Below are positions 45,461 to 57,815 of a DNA stretch of 64,000 bases, in pieces (within the stretch, counting starts at the first letter, position 1; each line of letters opens with the position of its first letter). The stretch is from Alphaproteobacteria bacterium (GTDB lineage Bacteria; Pseudomonadota; Alphaproteobacteria; MPNO01; UBA830), in NCBI GenBank assembly GCA_965243135.1, contig OZ251539.1, positions 2,784,001 through 2,848,000 on the forward strand. Direction: 5' to 3'. The notes under the pieces are model-generated. The model was not told where the DNA came from and did not search any database. It saw only the letters and a program-made list of their open reading frames with translations. The translations under genes and the position numbers were made by a program.

Positions 45461-45589
45461 CCTCCCAGATTTGACTCGGCATCTCTGAAGGCGCGGTGTG
45501 GCTGTGCAGGGATATGCACAGGTTTCCTGTGGATTTTAATCAAAATATTTGAGGATCCCCCTCGGTGAGCTTGCCAGACAAGCGCCGAG

Positions 45590-48500
45590 GGGGATGTGTC
45601 TTCCGGGTCCGTTACCACCCAAATGGAAGACACGACCATTGTCCCACGATTTTCCCGTCGACTCCACAACCTGGGCTTTTCTCGAACGCATAGACGAGGA
45701 TCTGGCGGCCCATCCCTGCCCGCACTGCGGCGGCAGGCTGCGTCCGCGAAAGCCTCGCGGCGTTGAGCGACCGCTCGTCGCCGGAGCGCGGCGTCTGAGT
45801 TTTTGTTGCGCGAGGTGCCGCCGCCGCGTCACGCCGCCCTCGGTTCGGTACGCGGCGGGTGTACGTGGCCTTCGTCTTCGTGTTTCTGACAGCCATGTCG
45901 CAGGGGAAGCGAAGTCCCGAGTTCCGGTCGGGCCGTCTGGGCGTTGGCAAACGTACGCTTCAGCGGTGGCGGCGGTGGTGGCGCGAGACCTTCGTCGAGA
46001 CCTCCCTGTGGCGCAAGCTGCGCACCCGTTTCTCAAAACAGCCGACGACGCTGCCGCTGGTCGGGATGTTCTCCGACCCGGTGGCTCTTCTGCAACGGCT
46101 ATCGCCGTTGACGAGCAAGTTCGGCGACGGGGCACCCGCAGAACTTGCCGTCTCTTCCAAGAGGGGGGTTTAGGGTCCGCGCCAAAACGGGAGGCGGGCA
46201 GCAAGACACAAATCGGGGGGTGCGATTGCGCTTCGCCGTCGTCGGCACCCTGCTGGCGGCGCCGCCGGCGCACGGCGAACTATGCGCCGAGGCCCTGGCG
46301 AAACAGGAGTGGCGGCGTGACCGACGCGCCAGCGCGCTTCTCCTTCGTGACGACGCTGGTACTATCAGGCACGGCGAGCCGAACAGGATCCGGTCGGCGC
46401 CCTCCGCCGCCGGGTACGGTCGGACGCAGCACGCACGCTGTTCGCGCCGCTGGGCGCTGCAATTGCAATACCGGCAAAATCCCGACTGGTCGGCGCAACT
46501 GCACTACGACAACCTCAAGGCATTGGCCGACCGTCGCTCGGTCCGCTGCCCTCCTATGCCACTGTGGCCCGTTACATGCGAACGCTGCAGCGCAAGCGGC
46601 GGCTGAAGAAGGCGGGGGAAGCAGCGGCGGCGGCACGGCGCGAACAACGCGAGATACGCAGTTACGAGCATACCCACGGCCTGTGGCATGCGGACTTCCA
46701 TCACGGCTCGCTCCGCGTGCTTGACAAGCGGGGGCAATGGCGGACGCCGCTGCTGCTGGCTGTCCTCCACTCCCGCCTCGCCTGTCATCTCCAGTGGTGG
46801 GAAACCGCGCAGAACTTCGTGCACGGTCTGTCGCAGGCCCTGATGAAACACGGCCTGCCGCGGGCGACGGACAACGGCAAAGCCGAGACCGCTGGCGAAG
46901 TGCGAGACGGGCTGCACGAGCTCGGCATCCTGCATGCCACTACGTTGCCTTATTCTCCGAACCAGAACGGAAAAGCCGAACGATTTTGGTCGATTATCGA
47001 GGGTCGCCTGCTGGCGATGCTACGAGGCGTCGATTCCGTTTCCCTGGCGCAACTCAACCAGGCGACGCAGGCATGGGTTCAGAAAGACTACAACAATCGT
47101 GTTCACCGGGAGCTCGGCGCCACGCCGACAGCCCGTTTCCTTGAAAGCCCCCGTCGCGAATGCCCTCCCGGCGCTGCGCCGCGCATTCCGCACCGGACGC
47201 CGACAGCGGCGCGGCGACGGCTCGCTGTCACTCGAAGGCGTGCCGTCGCAGTACCGTGCGGGATCTCCACCTCGCATCTTGGGACCTGTCGACGATTGAC
47301 CTTGTCGATCCCAGGCACAGAACCTGGCTGTGCGCACTCTACCCGCTCGACAAGAACGCCAATGGCGAACGCCGACATGTGAGACCAGTGGAGACAGTGC
47401 CGACAGCAAACGAGATGGCGCCGTTGCTGAAACAGATCCTGGACGACGCGGCCGCGACCGGCCTGCCCCCTGCCTTCCTTCCAAGCAAAGAGGACATGGA
47501 AACGTAGACTGCTTTCCCTTCACGGCCTCAAATGGAATCCATTCTCGCCTGCCGGTCGAGGCGCTATTCACCACGCCGCGCGTCGAAAGCTTCTGCTGGC
47601 GGGTCGAAGAGCGCCGCGATGGCGGCTTCGCCGTCGGCGAACCAGGCGCAGGCAAGAGCGTGGTTTTGCGGCTGCTTGCAAACCGGCTGACGCGCAACCA
47701 CGGTGGTTGCCGCTCTGACCCGTCCAACCTCGCCGACTTCTATCGCGGGCGAACTGTTCGAGGCACCGTTGCGCCCCCATAAGGGGCGGCTTCAAGGCGC
47801 TGCGCGGGCGTTGGCCACCTTGAAGCGGCGCGCCCCATCCTGCTGCGAAGCGCAGGAACTTCAGCCCGCAGTGCTCGGCGAATTGCGTCTGCTTGCTGCC
47901 ACCGAGTTCGACCCATTCTCAGCGTCGTGCTGGCGGGCGATGCACGTCTTACCGACAAGCTGCAGCGCGACGAGTTGCAGCCTCTGGAGTCCCGCCCAAC
48001 GCCTGGCCAACGCCGAACGAAAGGAACTCGCCGCCTGCCTCAACCACCTCCTCGAGCAAGCCGGCAACCCGAATCTCATGACGCAGAGCCTTAAGGACGC
48101 CCTTCATGCCGCCGGCAACTACCGCTCCCTCACGGCCGACAGCCTGCTCGCCTCTGCCGCCGAGCGCCACCGAACTCGACGAGAAACTGTTCTTCGAGAT
48201 CTTCACGCCCGACAAACGCAGGGGAGCGCGGTCATGAATGCTTTCCCCACCCGTCGGCCCGCGGAACTCGCCGAACAACCGCAGGAGCGGCGCTGGCTCG
48301 TCGAACAGCTGTGGAGCGAGCAGGCGGTCGGCATTGGAGAGCCAAAGTGCGGCAAATCCTTTCTCGCTCTCGACTTCGCAGTCGCCGTCGCGACCGGCAC
48401 GCCCTGCCTGCGGCGCTTCTTCGCTGCTTCCGGCCGCGTTCTGCTGTTCGCCGCCGAAGACGCTGCCCACATCGTTCGAGAGCGCGGCATCGCACAGGCC

Positions 48501-49113
48501 GCCGGAACCTGTCTCGACAACCTCGATATCGACGTGGTTCCCGCCGTGCGTCTTGACCTGGCCGACGACAGGCAGCGCCTGTTCGAGACGGTCCGCCGCG
48601 TCCGACCACGCCTGCTGGGCCCTCTGGTTCGCCTCCACCGCCGAAAACGCCGCAGGCGAGGTCGCGCCGTTGCTCGCCTGCCTGCGCGACCTGCAACGCA
48701 ACTTCGAAACCGCCGTCATTCTCGTCCACCATGCCCGCAAGAGCGCTCATGCGCGAGGCGGACAGGCGTTGCGCGGCTCTCTGCACGCCTGGGGCGACTC
48801 CAACCTACGACGCAAGAAGCGTTTGCTGACTGTCGAACATCGCGCTTCCAAAAGTCCTGACGAATTGAGTTGCGCGAAACACCGGTCTTGTCGCTGCGTC
48901 GAGGCCGCCTCCGAAGCACCCGACACGTCGCCTCGCCAACGCAGCCTCCTTGCCGACATCCCGCTTCCTCAGCGGCAGATCCGAGACGCAGCGCAAATGC
49001 GTGCCAGCACCGTCAGCAGCGTTCTCAGGGAGTTGGTCTCCACGTCACTCATACACGGGTATCGTCTCTCGCGCGGCAGCGGCTCGGGGGCGGCGGCCGT
49101 AGGGAGGGCGTAG
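45590..49113 (+). mobile_element. Degraded Mu/IS481-like transposon: Zn-ribbon ORF, DDE integrase, ExeA-like ATPase, AAA_25/RepA-like ATPase
   Basis: CPHCGG...TPPSVR; LWHADFHH, TDNG, PYSPNQNGKAERF; GEPGAGKS; GEPKCGKS, ILVHHARK. Confidence 0.7.
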
Positions 49114-49304
49114 CCCGACCGAAGGCGGACGCCCCCGAGCCGCACCAACATGCTTCCGGTTCCCTGCAACTCTGTAGGCCAAGGGGAAACGGAAACCGGA
49201 AACCCCCTGTTGACCTGTTCCTGACGCCGCACGGAAATCTGAAACCATCAAAAAGGACGATAAAAGCGACATCAATTATCGTGAACGCTCATACTCCTGA
49301 CCGC

Positions 49305-49663
49305 TAAATGCGGCAGAATGTTGGCTTGACCCCACAACATCAGGAGCATTCCCATGTCAGTCTCGCAGTCTTCGAACGGTTTGTCCCTTTCCAGGCTCTC
49401 CCCGGCGGCCGCCGAGGCGGTGCGGTCTTTCGCGTCCATCGTCGAGAAAGGAGCCGCGACCGCCAAGGCATTCGGGGAGCCTTCCTCAAGGCGGGGTCCG
49501 AGGGGGAGGGTCCCGAGGCGTTCGCCGATTTCGAGCTTGGGTTGGGTAAGCAGGTCGCTGCGCTGTGCCGGACGGTGATTTGCAACGAGGACCGAGACGA
49601 GAGGGGAGGCCCGATTCGCAAGGACGACAAAGTCTTCTATCGGGCTGCGCGGACGCAGAAGAC
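49305..49663 (+). repeat. Partial ISKra4 copy (inverted relative to ~62545-62897)
   Basis: Near-identical sequence. Confidence 0.8.
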
Positions 49664-50970
49664 GTAAGCGTTCGCTCGTCAAGTGACGGTCTATTTTTTG
49701 AGGATCCGCTTCCAGTCCCGCCGCAGGGGCTTCAGCGTCCTTTACCGGGAGAGCGCGTTCGCGCCGAGTGTCGAGCTTGCTGCGGCCCTGGGTCGCGCCG
49801 ACCTTGCTGGCGGCCCGGTAGCAGGTTCCTGAGAATCGCGGCGTTTCGCAGAAGGTCTCAAGCAGGACCGGAGCGTAGCGAGACTCCCAGTCGTCGGGCA
49901 GCCGCCGTTCGACCAAAGTGAGGACATGGGATGCGAGGTTCTTGGCCAGGGCAGGGCTCTGGCGTTGTTGACCACGAGAGGCAGGTTGCGGCGGCGGGTT
50001 TCGGGATCCCCGCACTTGTCCCGCGGCGCGATCTTCCAGGCTGCGGCGCCGAAGCCGAGGACGGCAAGGGCTTCGCCGTCGGCGGCCCGGACGAAGTAGC
50101 GCCGCGCCGGGCAGCGTCGAGTGGCCGAGGTAGCGAGCGACGAACTCGTTTCAGAGGCGGCCTTCGTTCGCGTTCCGGCAGGGAACGACGGGTTGGACGT
50201 CGGCGAGACGTTCGGGAGTCGGGACCGGGGGCTGGTCGGTCGCGGGGCCGGGCACGGGCGGGCGGCGGACGGATGGCGTTTGCCTTGGCGGCGGCAGGAC
50301 GGCCGTCGCGGTGCATGCGCAGCATGGCGACGCGCGCGCTCATGTCCTTGAGTCCGCCGTTGGGCTTGCGCCAGTCGAGATGTCGGCAGACCTCCTGCGA
50401 CAGCGCCCGGCGGGTGAGGCCGCCCTTTCAAGGTGCGGGTCGAGTTCGTCCTCGGAGAAGTCGCGCCCGCAGTAGCGGCGGGGACCGACGTTCATGGTCC
50501 CTGGGGAAGAGCGGTCTTCCAGGAACGGAGGCGCTCTCCGTCGGCACCCCACGGCAGCCAGGCGGCCGGGCCGCGCGGGCCGCCGTGCCGGGCGCAGGCG
50601 GCGAGATAAGCGGACAGCCAAGGGTAAGGCGAGACGCCGCTCAGCGTGCCGAAGATGGACATGCCGGCCAGCCGCGCCCCGTCCACGCTGTGCGACCCGA
50701 ACGAGAGCTTGCGGCCGACCGCGATTCCGCGCAAGCCGCGTTCGGCGGCGTTGTTGTCCATGGGAACGGCTGCGTTGTCCACGAACACGGTCAGGCCGTC
50801 GCGGTGGCGCGCCAGGGAATCCAGGGGGCCGCGTTGCGCTGCGCTCGCCGGAAGCGCGTCCCGCGCCTTTTTCGCCGCCGCGAAGAACGCTTCGACGAAC
50901 CTTGCAAGCCGTCGCTGGGCGGTCGCGTCGTCCGGGTTTGCCAGACGCTCGGAGTTGAACCTGTATAACT

Positions 50971-53215
50971 TCAGACCTCCTGACATCGCGTAAATTCAAT
51001 TTTCCAGCAGGGGTCCCTCGAACGCCAGTTTCAGCCCGGTGCCGGGGTAGGCATGGCCTTCGCGAGTGGTCATGGCACAGAGTTCCCGAAGCGCCTTGTT
51101 GAAGCGGGGCTGCGACATGGAATGGAAGCGCACGGTGAGGCATCCGTCACCCGGGACGAGGTCGGCCGGGGTTCGAAACAGGGTTTGGAGAAAGGCGCGG
51201 CCTTCGTCCTCGCTCCGGTTCAGCAGCGGACCGAGGGGAGCGAGCATCGCGCTTTCCGCCCGGTAAGCCGCCATCCTGACGAGGTCGGTGAAGATCTTCC
51301 GCTCGGGTTCGAGTCTGACGATCTCCTCCTCGTCCATGGTTTCCTTGACAGGCACTCTTTCCGGCAGGGTTTCCAGGCGCGCCTCGCATTCCTCGATCAG
51401 GACTTCGAGTTCCTTGATGCGTTCTTCCGGGGATGCCTTGCCGCTCCTCGCGGTTCTGCCTTTCTTTTCGTCCTTCCACTGCTGTTTCCGGATGCGCCCG
51501 ATCTTCGCTTCGAGGCTTTCGATCCGCGCCTTGCATTCCTTGTACGGCGGGTTGGGGATTATCCGTTCGGGGTCGGCCGGCTCGGTCTCGTAGGTGCAAA
51601 GATGGTCGAGCGCGAACTCGTGCCGCATGTAGCGAAAGTAATTCTCCTGGTTCCAGCGGGCGAACATTCGCGAGGCGACCTCGACGGTCGGCAGGTCCCG
51701 GCGGGTCGTCACGGTCTGATGGCCGTTGTCGCACAGCCGCCGCACCTCGCGCATCTTGAACCTTTTCTCGCCGAGACCCGTCTCCCGTTCGGCCAGCCGG
51801 TAACGGACGCCGGACGCGGGGTCCTCCACCGTCGTGAAGCCTTCCTCCGGCCAAGGGGAATAATGGCCCTTCCGGTAGGTCATGACATCGACGCCTTCCG
51901 CCGCCCAGCGCCGGAACGTTTCCGGGCTCCAGCCCTCGCGATCGAAAACGACGGTCACGCGCCCCTCCTTTCGTATCCGCGGCAGGACATCCCTGTCCAG
52001 CGCCTGCAGCAGGCCGTCATTGGCCTCCATGGAAACGAAGAACCACGGCTGCGCCCGAGCGTCGTTGACCCAGGTGTCGGTCGTCGCCGGCATGCACAGG
52101 CGCCGACGCGGCACGAACGTTTCGGGAAGGCGGTGCTTGCGTCCGTGGTAGGGTCGCACATGTCCGTCGACGTACAGGAAGCCGAGTGCTTCCGGCTCGG
52201 CCTCCGCCCACCGTCGGGTAAACGCTTCGGCCAGTCGCCGCGCCAGACCGCGCCGACCGACCTCCTTCAGCTTGCGGCGCAGCGTCTTCATCTCCGGAGC
52301 CCGGTCGAGACCGAGCAGCAGGCCCAGCTCTCCCGGGGCATGGCCCTTCAGTTGTTCCGCGTTCCTGATGCGCAGCAAGGCCATGAAGGCCAGCGTCAAC
52401 AATATGCTGCGCAAGCCGAAGAACCCCTTCTCAAGCTGTCCGTAAACCTCCTCCGTAACCTCGACCAGCCCCTCGTGCAGCAGCGCCGGCAACGCCAGCA
52501 AGACACCCGCGCCGGGCACCGATTCCGCCGCCTCGAAACGCGTCGAGGCCTCGGCGAGTTCTCCCACGCTCGCAAGCACCCGTTCCTCGACCCGCTTGAC
52601 CGCGACGCCGCCTTCGCAGCGCCCGTCCGTCGCGGACCGCACCGATGGCTGCGTTCCCGGACCCTGCCGCCGGTCCGCGCGCAGGGTCCCCTGCCGCAGG
52701 GCATGGCGGATCGTCCCCTCGGTCACGCCCGCGGCCTTCGCCGCCGCAACTTGCGACCGCCCTTCGTCGAGTGCCTCCTGTGCCCGTTGCAGTGCCAGCT
52801 CCGTCAGCTTGTACCCTCCGCGCGGTCCGCGCTCTTTGGCGAAGGCCGCCACGTTGCGGGACCGGTAGGCGTCCCGGTTGCGACGGATGGTGAGGCGGGA
52901 AACGCCGAAGACGCGCGACAGCGCCGCCACCGTCGCCAGCCCGAGGTCGCCGAGCAAACCCTGCGCCAGACGCAGGCCCGCCTTGTCGTCTTCCGCGCAG
53001 CGATAAATCGGGCCGCCCGGATTGAAAAACTCAAGATGTCCATCGTCGCGGACACAGGCCAGTCTGTCGCTGATCACGGTCGCATTTTCGGGCAGGACGG
53101 CGAGGCGGGACTGGAACATGGTATTCTCCAGAAAGTGGTACATTCTAATTTACGACGCCCTGGAGAAAAGTCAAGCAAAATCTTCAAGTTCCGCATACCA
53201 TGTCAGGAGGTCTGA
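50971..53215 (-). mobile_element. Intact IS with a large transposase
   Basis: TIR TCAGACCTCCTGACAT; 3-bp TSD ACT; excision restores tnpC VGHKLYRFN. Confidence 0.85.
50996..53143 (-). CDS. 715-aa putative DDE transposase
   Basis: YVDGHVRPY, VVFDREG, RWNQENYFR; uninterrupted. Confidence 0.85.
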   Translation of the reverse strand: MYHFLENTMFQSRLAVLPENATVISDRLACVRDDGHLEFFNPGGPIYRCAEDDKAGLRLAQGLLGDLGLATVAALSRVFGVSRLTIRRNRDAYRSRNVAAFAKERGPRGGYKLTELALQRAQEALDEGRSQVAAAKAAGVTEGTIRHALRQGTLRADRRQGPGTQPSVRSATDGRCEGGVAVKRVEERVLASVGELAEASTRFEAAESVPGAGVLLALPALLHEGLVEVTEEVYGQLEKGFFGLRSILLTLAFMALLRIRNAEQLKGHAPGELGLLLGLDRAPEMKTLRRKLKEVGRRGLARRLAEAFTRRWAEAEPEALGFLYVDGHVRPYHGRKHRLPETFVPRRRLCMPATTDTWVNDARAQPWFFVSMEANDGLLQALDRDVLPRIRKEGRVTVVFDREGWSPETFRRWAAEGVDVMTYRKGHYSPWPEEGFTTVEDPASGVRYRLAERETGLGEKRFKMREVRRLCDNGHQTVTTRRDLPTVEVASRMFARWNQENYFRYMRHEFALDHLCTYETEPADPERIIPNPPYKECKARIESLEAKIGRIRKQQWKDEKKGRTARSGKASPEERIKELEVLIEECEARLETLPERVPVKETMDEEEIVRLEPERKIFTDLVRMAAYRAESAMLAPLGPLLNRSEDEGRAFLQTLFRTPADLVPGDGCLTVRFHSMSQPRFNKALRELCAMTTREGHAYPGTGLKLAFEGPLLEN

Positions 53216-53304
53216 ACTTGTGGCCGACCCACTTCCGGGCGAACGGCGCGAGGTTCGGGTAGCCGGTCTCAAGGTTGACGAAGTCGCGTCTGGCATGGGC
53301 CCAA

Positions 53305-53706
53305 TTATGTTGAATTCAACATAACTGGGCTTATGTTGCGGATCCAGTTATGTTGCGGAGGAGCGCTAACGGCTTGAAAAGTAATGGAACCCGACGCATT
53401 TCCGCAACATAATATTTCGCAATCACAGTGCATCAAGAAAGGCCGTCAACCTTTTGTTCTCTTTCCACGAGCGAACCGATTCTGCGCAATGCCTGAGATA
53501 GTTCAGGCGTTCCTCAAGCAGCGGTGCGGCGCGAGGCTATGGCGCCGTGATCGACAAACAGATCCTCGAACATGGTCGTATCTCCTTGTGGTCGGAGACA
53601 TGACCACGGCAAACGAATGCGAGTCGAAATATTATGTTGCGGAAATGCGTCGGATTTTATTGTTTTTCAGTACGTTGCAACCAATCCGCAACATAACTGG
53701 ATCAGT
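53305..53706. repeat. MITE-like nested inverted-repeat element (TTATGTTG motif); other end at 56381-56398
   Basis: 20-bp palindrome at 53305-53324; 29-bp IR at 53391-53419/53625-53653; 19-bp IR at 53341-53359/53685-53703. Confidence 0.7.
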
Positions 53707-56380
53707 GTAAGCGTTCGCTACCCGGGTGATGGTCCGCAATTGAGGATCTTCTTCCAGTCCCGCCGCAGGGGCTTCAGCCAGATATCCTTGACCGGCAGCG
53801 CATACTCGTTTTTCACGTCGAGCTTGCCGCGGCCCTGCGTTTTACCGACCCGGATCCAGTTGGCCGCACAGTAGCAGGTTCCTTCGAAGCGCTGCGTTTC
53901 GCAGAAGGTCTCGAGCAGGACTGGACGCAACGCGTAGCGGCGGTCCCAGTCGTCGGGCAAACGTCGCTGGACCTGTGCGAGGATATGGGATGCAAGGTGT
54001 CTGATTCTGACCCAGGGCAGTATGAGGAATCTTGCGTTGTTGACGACGAAGGGCAGATTGCGCCGACGACATTCGGCATCCCAACCGCTGTCCCGTGGCG
54101 CAATCTTCCACGCGGCGGCGCCGAAGCCGAGCACGGCCAGCGGTTCGCCCTCCGCGGAGCGGACGAAGTACCGAATCTGTGCGCCGGGCATGGGCGTGAA
54201 GCCGAGGTAATGATAGCGGTCGATGAAGGCGTTCCAGAGACGGCCCTCGCTGGCGTTGCGGATAGGTTCGCAAAGGACGGACCTGATCGAGACGTTCGGG
54301 GGGTGGGAACGGGGGCGGCTCGGTTTCGGGAGACGGCGGAGCGGCGAACGCGGGCGGACCGGAGCTGCGACGGCGGCAGAACGACGAGGCCGTCGCGTTC
54401 CATCCGCAGCAGGGCGACGCGAGCGCTCATATCTTTCAAGCCGCCGTTGGGCTTGCGCCAGTCGAGGCGTTCGCACAGGATGCGCGACAGGGGCGTGCGT
54501 TTGAGAGGCGGATCCCGTTGCGCGGTCGCGGCTGAGGTCGGCTTCCGAGAATTTCCGCCCGCAATACCGGTAGCTCACGGTCCTTGCGGAAGCTGGTTGC
54601 GCCAGGCGCGGACGCGGCCCGGGTCCGCACCCCAGGGAAGCCAGGCATGCGCCTCTTCGGGCGCTCGTCCGCCACGTTCGGCGCAGGCTTGCAGATAATC
54701 GCGGAGCCAGTGGCGCGGCGAGAGGCCGGCCAGTTCGAGCGTACCGAACACGGAGAAGAGCAGCCCGGCCAGTTGCGCGCCCGCCTCGCTGAACGAGCCG
54801 AACGAGAGCTTGCGCCCAACGGCCGCGCCGCGCAGGGCGCGCTCGGCAAGATTGTTGTCCATCGGCACGGCTGTCGACGAAGACCTCCAAGCCTTGACGC
54901 AACAAGGACTGCAACGGCTTGCGCTGCGGCGCGTCCTCCGGCAGGTCGTCGAGTTGCCGCCTCGCGTCGTCGAAGAATGTGTTGCTCTCAAGCTCCCGTT
55001 GCGCCTCGTCAAAGGCGGCGGTTTGTTCGCTCGCTCCGGGGAGCCAGTGCCGCGACCGCTCGGCATTGCAACCATACAGAGCCGCGATCTTAACTACCCA
55101 CTCATCGCCGAAAGACTTCATGTCGGGGCGCCCGACTCCGATGTCCATGAAGTCGCGGCGCACATGCGCCCAGCAGTAAACGAGCACGAACTGGTCCGGC
55201 AGATCCTTCGCCAGCTTCTTGTAAGCGGAGTACCGGTCGCGATATACCGGCTCGTCGACACCGAGGCCTCCGAACAACTTCTGCGCCGCCGCTGCGCTGC
55301 GGGAAGGGTCGATGATCATCCTCACGGCGTCCGGGGTCTGGCAAACCCAAAGCCAACTGCGGGGATTGTCGCCTTCCTCGCCGCGGACGTGAACCCTCCA
55401 GCTCGTCTCGTCGCCGTGAGCTAGCCGCTGCCTGATGTTCAGCAATAGCATCGCCGAGCGGCGCGAACAAGGGAACGAAGCGCTTGACGCTGTCCCCCAG
55501 CGTGCCCGGCGCGACCTCGAAGTCGAACATCGACAGCTGTCGCGGTACAGATCGCAACGGACGGTGCAGGGCGTAAGTCTCGGTCAGAAACCAGTTCCAG
55601 ACGCTCAGGCCGTACGGCGTGTTCGCGAACAGCCGCGGGGCCGGCGGCACCTCCTGCTTCGGCGCGCACGAGCATGTCGAGCGGTACCGGGGCCGGCGGC
55701 AACGCCGCTTGTAGGCGCGAACCTCGACCTCGACGAACTCGGTGACCTTTTCTCCGTTTCTCGCGTAAGGCTTGCCGCAGTTCGGGCAGCGGCATTCCTC
55801 AGGTTCAATGACCTCTACCTCTACCGGCAAATCCTCGCGCGGCGTGCGTCCGTGCGACGACGACCCGGGCTGTCGCCCCCGACGCCGCCGGGCCTCTCGT
55901 TCCGCGCCGTCCTTCCGCGAACGTCGGGTGCGCTCGCTCTTGCGACCGAACTTGTCCTGAACAAGCTTGCGGTTGCGCGCCGCGGGCGTTCTCGCGTTCG
56001 CTCTCGTCGAGTCGCTTCCCCAACTTCGCAAGATCGTGCCGAAGGCGGCCCGTTTCCCGCTCAAGCTCGTTCATCGAGGAGGCCGACTTCAGGCGCTTCA
56101 GCTCGTTGCGCAACGCCTCCGCCCCGCGCCCGACCGTGCTGCGCCTTCCAGAACGTCGCCTGCTGACGAGCGCTTACCTCCTTCCAGCGCGACGCTTCCG
56201 CTTCCTGGCGCGCCTCGTCCCGCTGCCCGAGGGTTATTGCCAGCAGCAAGGCCCACTGTCGGTCGGTCGCTTCAAAGCAAAAATCTGGTGTCGCCAACTC
56301 CATGAAGGCGCAGGGGTCAGCGAATCGTTTCCAGTCCCCGGGGCAAATTTTTTTTCGTCCCCCGGGTAGCGAACGCTTAC
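53707..56380 (-). mobile_element. tnpC: Inner IS66-like element (frameshifted tnpC + DUF4338)
   Basis: TIR GTAAGCGTTCGCTACCCGGG; GDETSW, DRYSAY, CWAHVRRDF, DNNLAERALR; DUF4338 at 53718-54578. Confidence 0.85.
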
Positions 56381-57815
56381 ACTGGATCCGCAACATAAGC
56401 CCAGCAATATGAAAGGACGATGCCCCCGTCCATGTCGCGCGCCAGTTTCCGGTAAGCGGAGTAACGGTCGCAGACCAGGTAAGCCGCCTGCTCGGGCGAG
56501 CCGAGGCCCCCGAACAGTTCGCGGGCGGCTTCCGCGCTGCGCGACGGCGATGGTGCGCGTCGCGTCTTGGGACCGGGCGATCCAGGCGCGGGCGCTGCCG
56601 CCGTCTTTCTCGCCCAGTTCCCGTCCACCCCGTTTCGTCGCCGTTGACGACCGGAGCTTCCCACAGACGCCGGGAGATCTCTTCGTCGAGTTGCCAGCGG
56701 CAGCAGGCGTCGCTGCGCGTCCGCCAGTGTGCCGGGCGCGAGCCCGTGCTGGCGCAACGCGCGGCAGACCGAACGCAGCGGACGGTGCTGCCCGAACCTT
56801 TCCGCCAGGACGAACGCCCAGACGGACACTCCGTATCGGGTGAAACACCCGCTCCGGGGCCGGACCGACGACCTCCTTTTCCTGCCCGCAGGCGCAGGCC
56901 GGGCGCAGGACGTCGAACATGCCGAACGCGATCCTGTACTCGAGGGTGTACGTCTCGTTGTAGCCGTTCGAGACCCAGGCCTTGCCGCAGTTCTTGCACT
57001 TGCAATCGTCCGGGACCGAATCCTCCTCGCGGACAGGCAGGTCCGGAAACGGCGTGCGGCCGTGCGACGGCGTTCCCGAACGTCGCCCCCGGCCCGGAGG
57101 CTGTGGGCGGCCGCTCGCTGCTGCGCCCGTACAGATCCCGAGCGAGCCTGCGGTTGCGGGCTTTCACGTTCTCTACGCCGCTCTCCGCAGCTTCCGGCTT
57201 CGCCAGCGACGCTCCGCATCTCTTGGCCAGCGCCCGGTCGCGCTCTTCAATCTCCCGGGCGAGAACCGCGTTCTCCGAGGGCCGCGTTCTCCCGGTCGCG
57301 CCCTGCAATCTCCCGGAGGAGCGCCGCGTTCTCCTGGACGAGAGCCGCGTTCTCCCGGAGCAACGACGCAAGTGGAGTCTGACCGTCGCTCGACAGCTCG
57401 GTTCCGAGGAGTGCGCCTGCAGATTCGAACGCCATGGCGTACAAGAACTACAATCCGGTTTCCAGCTAAAAATTTTGTCCGGCTGGACAGGCCGCTCCGC
57501 CCGCGAGACGCCGCGCCAAAGCCTGTTGCCGGGCTACCTGCCAGGCGTGGCGCGCCGCCGCCGTACCCGGCAGGCCGAACCCGGGACCGAAGACGGCTCC
57601 TCAAAAAAATAGATCGTCACTTGACGAGCGAACGCTTACGAAATCTGAAGCCATCAAAAAGGACAATAAAAGCGACATCAATTACCGTGAATGCTCATAC
57701 TTCATGGCATACTGACCTTAGCGCGGGTATTGTTGGCACCCAACAAGTCAGCGCTTATGGGAGGCCGTACCCACCAGAAGAAAGCGTCTTTCCACGGCGC
57801 ATTGAGCTACGCCAG

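Larger units (their letters stand above)
49664..57639 (-). mobile_element. Outer IS66-like element (tnpC + DUF4338) with three nested insertions
   Basis: ~40-bp TIR GTAAGCGTTCGCTCGTCAAGTGACG; tnpC pieces at 56400-57430, 53216-53304 and 50492-50970 (DNNAAERGLR); DUF4338 at ~49690-50495. Confidence 0.8.

Noticed and set aside
53718-54578. Druantia system suggested by DUF4338/DruA
   Set aside because: No DruE-like helicase or other dru genes; the copies lie within IS ends or are IS remnants.
53718-55451. 577-aa TnpC-DUF4338 fusion ORF
   Set aside because: Artefact of frameshifts; tnpC ends at 54575 and DUF4338 starts separately at ~54578.
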